Shown here: one piece after another, positions 21,681-32,466 of the stretch
Numbering within the stretch: position 1 is the stretch's first letter
Layout of the letters: the number at the start of each line of letters is the position of its first letter
From: an uncultured delta proteobacterium
Lineage (GTDB): Bacteria; Myxococcota; B64-G9
Length of the DNA: 64,000 nt
Direction of reading: 5' to 3'
NCBI GenBank assembly: GCA_963754925.1
Contig: CAVWHX010000003.1
Location: 384,001 to 448,000 of the forward strand
Program-made: the position numbers and the translations under genes
Notes under the pieces: model-generated
What the model saw: the letters and a program-made list of their open reading frames with translations, nothing else
Told to the model about the DNA's origin: nothing
The model's database searches: none

Positions 21681-21749
21681 GCTCGAGAATGCCTGCTTCC
21701 CATCCTGGATTACTTTTGGCTAGGCACATCTCTCATTTTTCGCACGTCT

Positions 21750-22470
21750 TTACAGGAATGTCGTAATTACGAATATAAAGAGGAAGCCCAACATCGTCGC
21801 TACCACAATTTTTAGGAGACTGTGCTCTTGGCTCTCCGGGAGAAGACTCGCGGCTCCCACAAAAATGAACTCACCGGCAAAAACCGCAAGCAATATTGCA
21901 AGGATATTCTGCGGAAGTTTTATGACCGAAGTGAGCAATACCCCAATCAGAGGCGCAAGACCGTCCATAAAAAGGAACAGCCATGCCTTTTTTTCTGACT
22001 GTTCGTTTTTAAGCATCAAGGCTACGGTATTGATGCCGTCCGGCAAGTCATGGATTATTATTGAAAGGGCCACCACGATGCCGATGGAGAAGCGCACCTG
22101 AAACGCTACCCCCATGGTGAGGCCATCCAGGAAGCTGAGCAGAATAAGGCTTCCTGCGCCGATGGGTCCCATGACATGCCCCTCGGAAGCTATCCCCTTA
22201 ATAGGATGGGCTGAGAAATACTTCTCCAAAAGAATGAAAAACAGGAAAGATAGCACGACAATTACCATGATATGCTTAACCGGGATTCCAGATTTCTCTG
22301 CCATCTCCAAGCTTTCGGGCAGTATTTCCATGAGCGCGACGGTTACGATGCTCCCTGCTGCAAAAGCAAATATGATCGAAACACTTTTTTTGAATTTTAA
22401 AGTGATGAACCCGCCGAGCAGCGTCGACAAAAATGTTAACAAGGCCAATAGTATGGCAGTGGGGGTTCAT
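21750..22470 (-). CDS. ZIP family divalent metal transporter, +1 frameshift at 22461-22465
   Basis: AFAAG, EILPES, SFLDG, HDLPDG, AGEFIF..LLPE; removing one C restores MNPTAILLALL. Confidence 0.85.
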
Positions 22471-22621
22471 TTAATGAAGAACCCCTTTATCATAATTTCC
22501 AAAACAATAAAACACTATTGGAGATTGATATCGAACCGAACGAGACTGATAAAAAGGGGTACGCACGCTATCTAGGGAAAAACGCCTGGGGTGAATATTT
22601 GAAAGAGATGGACATCGTGGT

Positions 22622-24574
22622 TCAGCCGCCGCTCTCCCCTCCCTTGAGCAGGGCCTTGAATTCTTCCTCTCCGATCGTTTCGACCTCCAACAGCCTTTTC
22701 GCTATCTTCTCGACGGTCCCTTTTTTCTCTTTGAGGAACTCGATTGCTTTTTCGTACCGGTTTTTAATGATCCGGGTGATCTCTTCATCAACGTACTGCT
22801 GGGTCGATTCGGAATAATCCCGCTGTCTAGAGACAGTTTCCCCCGGAAGGAACGCTGGGCTCCTCTGTGAGGAAAGAACCACGTTCTCGAACTTATCGCT
22901 CATGCCGTAGTCGCTGATCATCTTCCGGGCTATTTCGGTTGCTCGGGCGATATCATTGGAGGCGCCCGTCGAAATCTCCCCGAAGAACAATTGCTCGCTC
23001 GCGCGACCCCCGAGTAGAACGTCTATCTTGCCCAGCAGTTCCTCCGCCGTCAGGAGGAAGCGGTCTTCGGTCGGAAGTTGAATGGTATACCCCAGGGCTC
23101 CGATGCCGCGCGGAATGATCGAGATCTTATGAACCGGATCGGCGCCCTTCGAGTATGCGGCCAGCGTAGCATGTCCCGTTTCATGGTAGGCGACGATCTT
23201 CCGTTCCTTCGGATTGATAAGCCGGTTCTTTTTCTCGAGGCCCGCGACCACTCGTTCGATCGCGTCATCAAAGTCTTTGGGCAGGACGGCGCTGCGGCCC
23301 GCGCGCACAGCGAGCAACGCCGCTTCATTGACGATATTTGCCAAGTCGGCCCCGGTAAAACCCGGCGTCCCCCGAGCAACCTGTTCCAGGTCGACGGACT
23401 CATCGAGGCTCACGTTCTTTGCATGGATCTTTAGGATGTCGACCCGCCCCTTCAGGTCGGGTCTGTCCACTAGCACCTGCCGGTCGAAGCGGCCGGGCCG
23501 CAGAAGGGCGGGATCGAGGATCTCGGGCCGGTTCGTTGCAGAAAGAATGATGACGCCGACACTGGAGTCGAAACCGTCCATCTCGACCAGTAGTTGGTTC
23601 AGCGTCTGCTCGCGCTCGTCGTTCCCGCCGAGCGTAATGCCGCGGCTCTTTCCGATGGCGTCGAGCTCGTCGATGAAGATGATGCACGGGGCCTTTTCGC
23701 GGGCCTGCTTGAACATGTCGCGGACCCGGGCCGCCCCGACGCCGACGAACATCTCCACGAAATCGGCGCCGCTGATCTTGAAAAAGGGGACCTTGGCCTC
23801 GCCGGCGACCGCCTTGGCAAGAAGGGTCTTTCCCGTTCCGGGGGGGCCGACCAGGAGAACTCCCTTGGGTATCTTTCCGCCGACGGTCTCATATTTTTTC
23901 GGCTGTCTGAGGAAATCCACAACCTCTACGAGCTCCGCCTTGGCCTCATCGACGCCCGCAACATCCTTGAACGTCACACCCGTGTCGCCTTCCGCGACCA
24001 GCTTCGCCTTGTTCGCCCCGAACGACATCACCCCCTGGCCGGTCTTGCCGAGCTGTTTACTGAGATAATTCCAGAAAAACACCATCAGGATGATAGGCAA
24101 CACCCAGGATAGTAAGGCGCCTAGCCAGGACCCGCTCTCCGAGGCAATGGCATAATATTCAATGTTCTTCTCATCCATGAGCCGGATGAGGCCCGGATCG
24201 ACTATCCGTACGGTTTTATAGTTCTTCGGAACCTCTGTTGGCTTTTTCTCGCTGGATCGCGTCTCATCGTGTTGGGCCTTGGTCCAGACAAACCCGGTCA
24301 GGTATTTTTCGCCTATCTCGATCCGCCGGATCTCGCCGGACTCTATTTTCGTTTTGAAGGCGCTGTAATCGATGGATTCGACATTGGAACGCTGGAAGAA
24401 GGAGTTGATCACGAAGAGCGCGATCAGACAGATCAGGAAGAACCATAGGGAAAAACGCAGCTGCTTGGGACTGAGAGGCTTAAAGAGAGGGTCGTGCTTG
24501 GTGAGGCCCGGTTCTTCCTTGCCTTTTTCTTCCCTGGCCTGCAAGATATTCTTGTTGCCGTCCTTGATCGCCAT
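22622..24574 (-). CDS. ftsH: ATP-dependent zinc metalloprotease FtsH
   Basis: Two TMs, [38 protein letters not shown]; start MAIKDG after GGAGG. Confidence 0.95.
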   Translation of the reverse strand: MAIKDGNKNILQAREEKGKEEPGLTKHDPLFKPLSPKQLRFSLWFFLICLIALFVINSFFQRSNVESIDYSAFKTKIESGEIRRIEIGEKYLTGFVWTKAQHDETRSSEKKPTEVPKNYKTVRIVDPGLIRLMDEKNIEYYAIASESGSWLGALLSWVLPIILMVFFWNYLSKQLGKTGQGVMSFGANKAKLVAEGDTGVTFKDVAGVDEAKAELVEVVDFLRQPKKYETVGGKIPKGVLLVGPPGTGKTLLAKAVAGEAKVPFFKISGADFVEMFVGVGAARVRDMFKQAREKAPCIIFIDELDAIGKSRGITLGGNDEREQTLNQLLVEMDGFDSSVGVIILSATNRPEILDPALLRPGRFDRQVLVDRPDLKGRVDILKIHAKNVSLDESVDLEQVARGTPGFTGADLANIVNEAALLAVRAGRSAVLPKDFDDAIERVVAGLEKKNRLINPKERKIVAYHETGHATLAAYSKGADPVHKISIIPRGIGALGYTIQLPTEDRFLLTAEELLGKIDVLLGGRASEQLFFGEISTGASNDIARATEIARKMISDYGMSDKFENVVLSSQRSPAFLPGETVSRQRDYSESTQQYVDEEITRIIKNRYEKAIEFLKEKKGTVEKIAKRLLEVETIGEEEFKALLKGGESGG

Positions 24575-24692
24575 TCGATCCTCCTTTTCCCTCCATTTGC
24601 AGACCCGCAGCCTCAAAGCACCGATGAGATCGCATGCGGGGTGCCGGTCAACTGCCTGCCAGGACACGAAGATCCCCGGCTTGCCGACCCTC

Positions 24693-25248
24693 TCACATCT
24701 TGTGCATGTCAAGCGCCAGCGCGATCCAGGCCCAGCCGAAAAACAGCAGATCGATTCCGACAAAAAGGCCTATCGCCCACAGGCCTGAGATCGGCCACTG
24801 CGCCAGTACGAGACCCCCTAACACGACGGTGATAACTCCGTTCAGCGCATGCCAACCCCAGCCCGGCAGGTGAATCATCAGCGAGCCGACCAGTTGAAAC
24901 AGCCCGGATATAAGGAAGAACATGGCCATGAAAAGGGTCGCAACCTCGGCGCTGATCACCGACCTCGACACAAACAGTGCTCCGGTTACTCCGAAGAGAA
25001 CCGCAGCCAGCAAATGCAGGAAGAAGCCTGCCCAATTTCCGACCATGAAAGCCTGTGCAATCTCGATACAGGCTGCAATCAACAGCAGCCATCCGAAGAA
25101 CGACATTGAGATTATCGTGGCTTTCACGGACCAAGTGACGGCGGCGATCCCCAGCAGCACCAATCCGATGCCGAGTGCCAGAAACCACCCCCAGTTGTGA
25201 ATCATCTCGGGGGGAATTTCTAACCATTAGAACATTCATCTCGCTCAT
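24693..25248 (-). CDS. HdeD (DUF308) family membrane protein, +1 frameshift at 25209-25214
   Basis: NWGWFLALGI..FGWLLL..WPISGLWAIGLFVGIDL; GGAGG RBS before ATG 25248; one extra C in a C6 run. Confidence 0.88.
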
Positions 25249-25365
25249 GGTAATGCCTCCTTTCATTTGTGTTTCGTATCACTGTCAACGTACCCGCCGC
25301 AGCGCCGGCCTGTACTGCACGTCGGCTGGCTACGGGATCTGCCGGCGTGGCCCAAATGCAGAACT

Positions 25366-26169
25366 TCACAATTTCAGTGCTTCCTTGGTAAGTTCCCAAG
25401 CTTGGTGCAGTTTCTCGGTACGCCGCGCGTACTCGGACTGTACCTCGGCGATACGAACCTCCAGCTTAGCCTTCCTCTCAGCCTGCGCCTTGGCCACCTG
25501 CTCTTTCAGGGCCTTGATCTTCGCATCCATCTCCTGCTTCGTCGTTTCCGATGCAGCCTTGGCCCGATCCTGCGTTGCTTGCAGCTTGGTCTTGGCAGCG
25601 CTCATCTTCGCTTGAAGCTTCGTTTTTGCTTCCTTGTCCGCCTGAGCGAACTCGGCTTTCAGGTCGGCAACCTCTGCCTTGAGTGCCTTAGCATCCCTCT
25701 CGATCTGATAATCCAGAACTTCCACGCGCGCCCGGCGGAAGACGACGCCGCCTGCGGCTTCCATACGGGTATCGACTGGCATCACCCACTCCTCCCAAAT
25801 TTCGGCGACCACGGCCGCCTTGCCCGGCTGCAGGTGTTGCTCGACCTCGCCTAGAAAGTCCTCGCCGACCCCGACTTTCGCCAAGTCGTACAGCACACCC
25901 CCAACCGTCCCGACATAGGCACCGATTGCGACACCCACGGGCCCACCGAGCAGGCCAATCAAACTCCCCGTGACCAGGCCGACGCCCGTCCCTAGCAGGT
26001 CCCGGTCGGCCGCCTCTTTGACGGTCACTTTCCCGCCCGCGTCCTTGGCAATCACGGCGCTCGCATAGAGCGTGATGCTGCCCTCGAAATGCAAATCCTT
26101 GAGGGCCCTGTAGCCATCATAGGCCTTCTTCTCGTTATCGAATATTACTACGATCATCTTGTCGTCCAT
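25366..26169 (-). CDS. DUF1269 membrane protein with coiled-coil tail
   Basis: Gly-zipper GTGVGLVTGSLIGLLGGPVG, L.PGKAAVV, GGVVFRR; Lys/Ala/Glu-rich tail. Confidence 0.82.
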   Translation of the reverse strand: MDDKMIVVIFDNEKKAYDGYRALKDLHFEGSITLYASAVIAKDAGGKVTVKEAADRDLLGTGVGLVTGSLIGLLGGPVGVAIGAYVGTVGGVLYDLAKVGVGEDFLGEVEQHLQPGKAAVVAEIWEEWVMPVDTRMEAAGGVVFRRARVEVLDYQIERDAKALKAEVADLKAEFAQADKEAKTKLQAKMSAAKTKLQATQDRAKAASETTKQEMDAKIKALKEQVAKAQAERKAKLEVRIAEVQSEYARRTEKLHQAWELTKEALKL

Positions 26170-26199
26170 GGCTGCTCTCCTTTCTGTCGGTCAGCGTTA

Positions 26200-26384
26200 T
26201 CGATTCTTTCTTGAAAACACTATCCGTCCCAGTTCTACTTGAACTGGTGTCTTGCAATGCGAATGCCAAGCGTAAGTCGTTGAAAATACTTGATAGCCAA
26301 AATTACAAAGTCGCGACTCTTCGAGAATTAGCGATAGTTCATGAAAACTGATGCGGATTTTCAGGAAGGGGGTATTGCAACTGC
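26200..26384 (-). promoter_or_regulatory. sigma54 promoter module, copy 1 (-24/-12, IHF-like site, TCG-N8-CGA UAS pair)
   Basis: TTGGCATTCGCATTGCAA (26252-26269, GG-N10-GC); TTTCAACGACTTA; TCGCGACTCTTCGAGAATTAGCGA (26311-26334). Confidence 0.85.
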
Positions 26385-28183
26385 TATGTTGATTTGAACC
26401 TATGTTTGTTGATCTTGAGGGATCTGATCTTCGATTCTAGCGTCGAGGGCGGAATGCCGAGCTTGGCGGCCGCGCCCAAAGATCCGGACACTCGGCCTCT
26501 GCTTTTAACCAAGGCAGCCTCAATCATCTCTTTCTCTTGAGCCACAAGCTTGTCGGAGAGCAACTGGCTTGCCGACTGAGTCTGACGAGACTCCCAAACG
26601 AGCCAACTGTCATCGACCGTGAAGTTCTCCGTGTCACATATGATAACCGACCGTTCGATTACATTTTGCAGCTCTCGAATGTTACCCGGCCAGGGGTACG
26701 ACTGAAGCAGATCCAGGGTCTTCTTGGTTATACCCCGTATTTTCTTTCCTGCTTTACTGGCATATCGGTCAATGAAGTACTCGACCAGAATGGGGATGTC
26801 CTCTTTCCGTTCGCGTAGCGGAGGCATTGCAATGGGAAATACGTTGATCCGATAGAATAGATCGCTCCGAAAAATGCCGGCTTCGATTGCGGCCTTCAAG
26901 TCACGATTGGTGGCGGCAATCACCCGGGCGTTAGTCCGAATCGTTTGATTTCCTCCCACACGCTCAAATTCGTGCTCCTGCAGCACACGCAAGAGGGCAA
27001 TCTGGATCTCATTCGGAAGCTCCCCGATTTCATCTAGGAAGATCGTTCCTCCTTCCGCCAGCTCGAAGCGGCCGAGGTGCCGCTGGTGGGCCCCCGTGAA
27101 GGCTCCCTTCTCATGACCGAATAATTCCGAGGCGATTAACGGCGCGGGAATTGCAGCACAGTTCACGCTGACAAAGGCTCGCGAGGAGCGCTTTGACCGC
27201 TTGTGGATAGCTCGAGCGACGAGTTCCTTGCCCGTGCCGGTTTCGCCGGCGACAAAGACGGTGGAATCCATCGGCGCCACCTTGGCGACACGTGCGAGCA
27301 CGGCTTTCAGAGCCGGTGACGAGCCCACGATCTCCTCGAACATTGAGGTTCTATCAATTTCTTCGCGTAGCACGACGTTCTCTCTGTAGAGTTGGTTCTT
27401 CAACTTCTTGATCTCGTCAAAAGCCTTTTGGAGGGAATCTTCGGCCCGCTTGCGTTCCGTCACATCCAACACGGTACCGAAATATTCAACAACTTCTCCG
27501 GTGTTATCGAGGGCTGGGTGCCACATTACGTGGAGGTGCTTGAGATTCCCGCCATGCAGCAGCAGCCTGTAATCTATCGTAAAACCAGCTTTCTCACGGA
27601 ATGCCTTCTGGCAGACTTCGGAAACTGTGTCGCGATCATCTGGATGCACAAGTCGAAAGGACTCGTCAGGATCCGGGATACCCTGTCGAGGGTCCAATCC
27701 AAAAATTCGGAACAATTCCTCGGACCAGTAAAGCGTTTTCCCATTCCCAGGGTTGTAGGCGAAACTACCGGTATGGCTGAGCCTCTGCGCTTCCGCCAGG
27801 TAGGCTTCACTTCGGCGGACGGCTTCTTCCGTGCGCTTGCGGTCCTCGATATCTATACTGGATCCATACCATCTAACGATCTTTCCCTGCCCGTCACGGA
27901 GAGGCACGCTGTGGTGGAGCATCCAGCGATATTCCCCATCCGCCCGCCGGATGCGTGCTTCTGCTTCGAAAGGCTCCCCCGTCTCAAGGGTCGCGCGCCG
28001 CTTTTCCACGAACGCTTCAACATCTTCAGGATGAACTGAAGCCGTCCATTTCCAGCCTGATATGTTCTCAAACGAAAGACCGACGAAGTCCAGCCAACGT
28101 TGATTGAAAAAATCGATATAGCCGTCAGGCGGACTGCTAAGGATCAGAGCAGGAGTCGAGTCAATAAGAAGCTGAAGGTTCAT
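26384..28183 (-). CDS. PAS-PAS sigma54-dependent activator (bEBP, AAA+/HTH)
   Basis: Two PAS/PAC domains, GETGTGKE, GAFTGA, FLDEIGE, WPGNIRELQN, C-terminal HTH; likely start MNLQLL (open frame extends to 28366). Confidence 0.93.
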   Translation of the reverse strand: MNLQLLIDSTPALILSSPPDGYIDFFNQRWLDFVGLSFENISGWKWTASVHPEDVEAFVEKRRATLETGEPFEAEARIRRADGEYRWMLHHSVPLRDGQGKIVRWYGSSIDIEDRKRTEEAVRRSEAYLAEAQRLSHTGSFAYNPGNGKTLYWSEELFRIFGLDPRQGIPDPDESFRLVHPDDRDTVSEVCQKAFREKAGFTIDYRLLLHGGNLKHLHVMWHPALDNTGEVVEYFGTVLDVTERKRAEDSLQKAFDEIKKLKNQLYRENVVLREEIDRTSMFEEIVGSSPALKAVLARVAKVAPMDSTVFVAGETGTGKELVARAIHKRSKRSSRAFVSVNCAAIPAPLIASELFGHEKGAFTGAHQRHLGRFELAEGGTIFLDEIGELPNEIQIALLRVLQEHEFERVGGNQTIRTNARVIAATNRDLKAAIEAGIFRSDLFYRINVFPIAMPPLRERKEDIPILVEYFIDRYASKAGKKIRGITKKTLDLLQSYPWPGNIRELQNVIERSVIICDTENFTVDDSWLVWESRQTQSASQLLSDKLVAQEKEMIEAALVKSRGRVSGSLGAAAKLGIPPSTLESKIRSLKINKHRFKST

Positions 28184-28184
28184 G

Positions 28185-28443
28185 AGCACGGATTTGTGTC
28201 CTTCGAGAGGACAATTGATTCTTTTCTCATCAAAGTAAATTATTGCACTTCCGGTGACAACAGGAATCTCTCTAGCTGATATGCCCTTGAGTTCTTTTAT
28301 GTTTTTGTTCGACACCGCCCGAATCTTGTGCAACTTGGACGCCAGGATTGCTACCCTTCCCTCCAAGGCCGATTTGCTGGCGATGCGCTCCTTGAACGAC
28401 CTCTAAAACGGTTTGGATGGAAATATAGTGTCTTTCCCTTCAT
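28185..28443 (-). pseudogene. Possible decayed RelE/YafQ-like toxin remnant
   Basis: MKGKTLYFHPNRF / RSFKERIASKSALEGR..IKELKG..IIYF across a frameshift; ATGA overlap with ORF 28440..28637. Confidence 0.25.
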
Positions 28444-28728
28444 TGGTCAACCCCCTTCTTTCTAAATATCTCGCATCGACTCAGTCTTTTCTTCCATACT
28501 TGATTCCGATACAACGTGCTCCTCCAGTGCGTCTTTTTTTGGCTTGCCTTCACGTGCCCTGCGGTTTCGGTTTGTGGAAACCACGAATCACGACGCAACG
28601 ATTCGACGGTTGTGAAAAACCAATCATCGGTGAACACTTATTGTAGTTGGGTCAGCACGGGGCCCTGCACGCGGATATGGATATCCTGTGTTTCGGCGGT
28701 GGTTTGTGCGTAGCCTGCCGGGCGGTTT

Positions 28729-29028
28729 TCACCTTCGGCCGCTTGCCCTGCTCTTGTTGCTTTTGTGGGTTGCGCGGACCTGGGTCTCCCCCGGAATCGA
28801 TTCCTTGACGACGAGTATGCGCCTGCGGTGTTTGGTGCCGTTGATGCCCGCGATCGCTGCTTGTGCCTCCATGTTCGACGGCATTTCAACGAAACCGAAG
28901 CCCTCGCCCTCTCGGGCGTGTTCGTCCCTGAATATCGACGCGGCTGCCACATGGCCATAACCTATGAAAAGCGCCTTGAGCTCCTCATCCGTAAACTGAA
29001 AGTCGAGATTTCCTACGTAGATTTTCAC
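28729..29028 (-). CDS. RRM (RNP-1) RNA-binding protein
   Basis: GTG start after AGGAGG; KIYVGNL (RNP2) and GFGFVEM (RNP1). Confidence 0.88.
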   Translation of the reverse strand: MKIYVGNLDFQFTDEELKALFIGYGHVAAASIFRDEHAREGEGFGFVEMPSNMEAQAAIAGINGTKHRRRILVVKESIPGETQVRATHKSNKSRASGRR

Positions 29029-29084
29029 CGCTCCCTCCTTTTCTTGCGCAAAAGGATAAGAGTAACGGAAAGGATCGAGATCGG

Positions 29085-30203
29085 TCACGTTCCCAATTCC
29101 TGGAGCGTACCCAGGAAAGTAATGACATCTTCGCGGCTTAACATGCCGATGACATGCTGATCCCGGGTGACGGGCAACTGATTGACGCCATCGCGGTCCA
29201 TCTCCTGGAGGGCGGCCCACAGCTCGGCATCAGGACCAATACGTTTTATCTGTTCCATGGGAAGCATGACCTCAGCGGCGCTCGTCGTCGCCCATTTGGA
29301 ACGCGGCACTTCCTTGATCCGATGCAACGTCATCAAACCAACGGTCTCGTCTCCACGGTTGACGAGAAAAGAGCGCTGCCCGCTCCCGAGGATGTGTTCG
29401 TCTACCAGCTGCTGTAGCGTCAGATTTGCGGGAACGGCGGCGCAACGAGTGCTCATGGCTTGCGAGACCTTATGGCCCGCCAGCAGACCCTGATACATCA
29501 CTTGATGAACTTGACCGGAAGCGGCATTGTCGAGGAACCAGCCGATGATCGCGATCCAAAGCCCCCCGCCAAAGTCGCCACGGAACATCTGCCAAACGCC
29601 GGCGAAGATAAACATAAAAGCAAAGAACCGGCCGACCTTTGCCGCGATGAGGGTCGCCCGGCGCATGTTTTTCGTGATCGCCCACACGATGGCCCGAAAC
29701 ACGCGACCGCCATCGAGTGGGTAACCGGGAATCAGGTTAAACAGCACCAGGGCCAGGTTGATGTAGGCCAGGTACTTTGCCAGACCCACGAGTGGTTCCA
29801 TACCGGCCACCAGCGGCTGCACCGCGTAGAAAAGGACCGCCAGGAGCAGGCTCACGAGCGGGCCTGCGATCGCAATAAGAAACTCGGCGATGGCGCTGGG
29901 CGGTTCCGCCCCAATCTGAGCGACACCCCCGAAGAGGAAAAGCGTGATGCTGCGCACCGGAATTTTGTACCGCAGCGCAACTGCAGAGTGTCCTAGTTCA
30001 TGAAGCAGCACGCTCACAAAGAGCATGATGGCCGTCACCGCGCCCATGAACCAGTACAGCAGTGGCGGCCAATCCTTGAATTCGGCGGGATAGTAACTAC
30101 TCGCCAGCATCCACGTGAGCAGCGCGAAGATCACAAACCAGGAGTAATCCAAACCAATGGGAATCCCCATAATCCTGCCTAACGGGATATGGTGTCGAGT
30201 CAT
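29085..30203 (-). CDS. Site-2 protease (M50) with CBS pair
   Basis: HELGH, GGVA, AGP, NLIPGYPLDGGR; two CBS domains. Confidence 0.92.
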   Translation of the reverse strand: MTRHHIPLGRIMGIPIGLDYSWFVIFALLTWMLASSYYPAEFKDWPPLLYWFMGAVTAIMLFVSVLLHELGHSAVALRYKIPVRSITLFLFGGVAQIGAEPPSAIAEFLIAIAGPLVSLLLAVLFYAVQPLVAGMEPLVGLAKYLAYINLALVLFNLIPGYPLDGGRVFRAIVWAITKNMRRATLIAAKVGRFFAFMFIFAGVWQMFRGDFGGGLWIAIIGWFLDNAASGQVHQVMYQGLLAGHKVSQAMSTRCAAVPANLTLQQLVDEHILGSGQRSFLVNRGDETVGLMTLHRIKEVPRSKWATTSAAEVMLPMEQIKRIGPDAELWAALQEMDRDGVNQLPVTRDQHVIGMLSREDVITFLGTLQELGT

Positions 30204-30365
30204 GAGCGTTCTCCCTTCTTGGTGCGCCGGCTGACCAATTCCCAAGATAGCTGCCAACTATGTCCTCATTGGGCGAGCAGCCCTTGCTGAGCTTCCCCCC
30301 TTATTCTTCGTTGCGGTGTATCTCAAATGAGCCGGCCGCTCCAGTATCTTTTTGTCTCCTTCGGG

Positions 30366-30938
30366 TCAGTTATGGGATTGCGGTCTTTGGCGACCCTGGT
30401 TAAGTACTTTCTGGAGCTTCGCCGCTTGTTCGTCGCTCAGCGTTGTTCTAATAACCTTGCCGCCGTAACCAGAAAATTGCTTGGCGGCCTGCTCCGGGTT
30501 AGCGGTGATCAGCGCAAAAACGGCTGAGTCTCCGGACTGGATGGTCTCACCCACGTCTCTCACGAAGTCGTCGGAGATCCCGAAATCCTCCTTCCACCAG
30601 TCGGCGTCGATGGCGCCGACTCCCGCGCCAAGAGCACCGACGCCGACCGCGCCTACAGCAACCGCGCCAACTGCGGCGGCGGCGCTCAAGCCGGCGGTGA
30701 AGGGGATGGCGAGAATAGCGCCGAGCAATGAGCCCCACAGTGCTCCCCAGGCCGCCCCTTCACCGGTCGTCGGGTCGTAGCTCTGGTCGATACGGAGCTT
30801 GCCGTTATGGTCCCGGTGGACCGCGACCGCATCATGCAAGCTTACTGTCCAGTCATAATCCATTTGCCTCAATTTGTTAAGAACGTCCGATGCCTTGTAC
30901 CTGTTATCCTTGAATCCCACCACAATTAGTTCTGACAT
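30366..30938 (-). CDS. DUF1269 membrane protein
   Basis: MSELIVVGF, GAAWGALWGSLLG, FGISDDFV, GDSAVFAL, GGKVIRTTLS. Confidence 0.88.
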   Translation of the reverse strand: MSELIVVGFKDNRYKASDVLNKLRQMDYDWTVSLHDAVAVHRDHNGKLRIDQSYDPTTGEGAAWGALWGSLLGAILAIPFTAGLSAAAAVGAVAVGAVGVGALGAGVGAIDADWWKEDFGISDDFVRDVGETIQSGDSAVFALITANPEQAAKQFSGYGGKVIRTTLSDEQAAKLQKVLNQGRQRPQSHN

Positions 30939-30939
30939 G

Positions 30940-31134
30940 ACCCACCTCCTCTTTCGTCGTTAGCTGAATTTTCAACATCATCGATTCTTTTTGAGAACAC
31001 TATCCTTCCCGGTTATACCTGCAACGTTACCTTGCAACGCGAATGCCAAGCGTAAGTCGTCGAAACTACTTGATAGCGCAAATTACAACGTCGCGAGTCT
31101 TCGAGAATTAGCGATAGTTCATGAAAAATGATCC
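30940..31134 (-). promoter_or_regulatory. sigma54 promoter module, copy 2
   Basis: TTGGCATTCGCGTTGCAA (31032-31049); UAS pair 31091-31114; high identity to copies 1 and 3. Confidence 0.85.
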
Positions 31135-31177
31135 AGACACTCGGCTTCTCGTCCTCACTGCCCATTCAATTTAGAGG

Positions 31178-31948
31178 CTAACTATCCGGGTCAGGGCCCG
31201 TTGGATCAAGGGGGCGCAACCCTTTGACCGCCCAGCCTACGCCCAAACCACCGATGAACCCCCCTATATGCGCGCCATAGGCCACGCCCGACTGTTGGCT
31301 GATTAAAAAGGGAAGCAGGTTATCCACCAGGATAATAAATCCCAGTACCCAGCGCGCCGACACCAATATCACGTTAAAATATATGGGAAACAACAATACC
31401 AGGACTTTTATCTTGTTGCGCGGGAAAAGCAAAAAGTAAACGCCCAGCACGCCGGAAATGGCGCCCGAAGCCCCCACCAAGGGAATCATCGAATGACGCG
31501 CAAAAAGCGAAAAAGCAAGAGTGGCCAGCACGCCGGTCGCCAAATAGGTAATCAAGTAACCGATTCTTCCCAAACGGCGCTCTACATTATCGCCGAATAT
31601 CCACAGAAAGAGCATGTTGCCGACCAGATGCAACAGGCCGCCATGGAGGAACAACGATGCAAAAAGGTCCATAAGATGCGGATTGCCCGGCTTATAACCA
31701 TGAGCAAAAACAAAGAGATCCGCGGCACTGAGGTGGGAAATCACCTCATCAAGCGATGTCCCTTGCGGCAGCGAGTCTGCAATAACGCGCAGATATTCCT
31801 GCACCTGTGGGTCATTGGGATCCACCGGCTGATACGACAGCGGCAGCGTGACAAAAAGGTAGACGGCCACATTGGCCGCGATTAGCAGCCAATTAACCCA
31901 AGGGGTGAAGTTGCGTGGGTTGGGGGTATCGCCGATAGGTAAAAACAC
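31178..31948 (-). CDS. Rhomboid intramembrane serine protease
   Basis: FLHGGLLHLVGNM, GDNVE, GASG, AHIGGF. Confidence 0.92.
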   Translation of the reverse strand: MFLPIGDTPNPRNFTPWVNWLLIAANVAVYLFVTLPLSYQPVDPNDPQVQEYLRVIADSLPQGTSLDEVISHLSAADLFVFAHGYKPGNPHLMDLFASLFLHGGLLHLVGNMLFLWIFGDNVERRLGRIGYLITYLATGVLATLAFSLFARHSMIPLVGASGAISGVLGVYFLLFPRNKIKVLVLLFPIYFNVILVSARWVLGFIILVDNLLPFLISQQSGVAYGAHIGGFIGGLGVGWAVKGLRPLDPTGPDPDS

Positions 31949-32027
31949 TGAGAACCTCTACAGATTGACAATGAGCTTCACCTGTCCGCCTGTCCTGTCT
32001 TTTGTGACAGGCTAGGCGGACATATTT

Positions 32028-32444
32028 CTATTTTGCGTAATGGAACGCGGGCATCGCCTTGATGGCATCTTTGGTCGCCCCTGCCAGAATAATCTTGCCG
32101 CCCTCCATCTTGAATTGATTGACAGGGATTGCCACGTCATGCTTGCCCATGCCCAGGAATCCGCCGGCCGCGATGATCCCATAAGAGACCGCTTTGTCCG
32201 GAGCAATGATGATGTCGTACACACTGCCGACCTTCTCTTTCTTTTCGTTATACACGTCGTGCCCCAGAATCTGCTTCTTGGCGCTCCATCCGTTTACCAC
32301 GTCCACTAACTCGGCGGCCGCAACGCCAATAACCGTCCCCCCAGCCACCGGTACCGCCTCAGATTGCTGTGCCTCCGCAAATTTCAATCCATAGGTGAAC
32401 GACATGACCGCCATAGCAAACATAACCGCCAGAACTTTTTTCAT
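32028..32444 (-). CDS. Exported PRC-barrel domain protein
   Basis: Signal peptide MKKVLA..; ILGHDVYN..KVGSVYDIII..GGFLGMG..VAIP. Confidence 0.85.
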   Translation of the reverse strand: MKKVLAVMFAMAVMSFTYGLKFAEAQQSEAVPVAGGTVIGVAAAELVDVVNGWSAKKQILGHDVYNEKKEKVGSVYDIIIAPDKAVSYGIIAAGGFLGMGKHDVAIPVNQFKMEGGKIILAGATKDAIKAMPAFHYAK

Positions 32445-32466
32445 TTTCTTTCTCCTTTTACGGTAG

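Noticed and set aside
31983..32022. Hairpin TGTCCGCCT..AGGCGGACA as an intrinsic terminator
   Set aside because: No adjacent U-tract and only one copy in the window.
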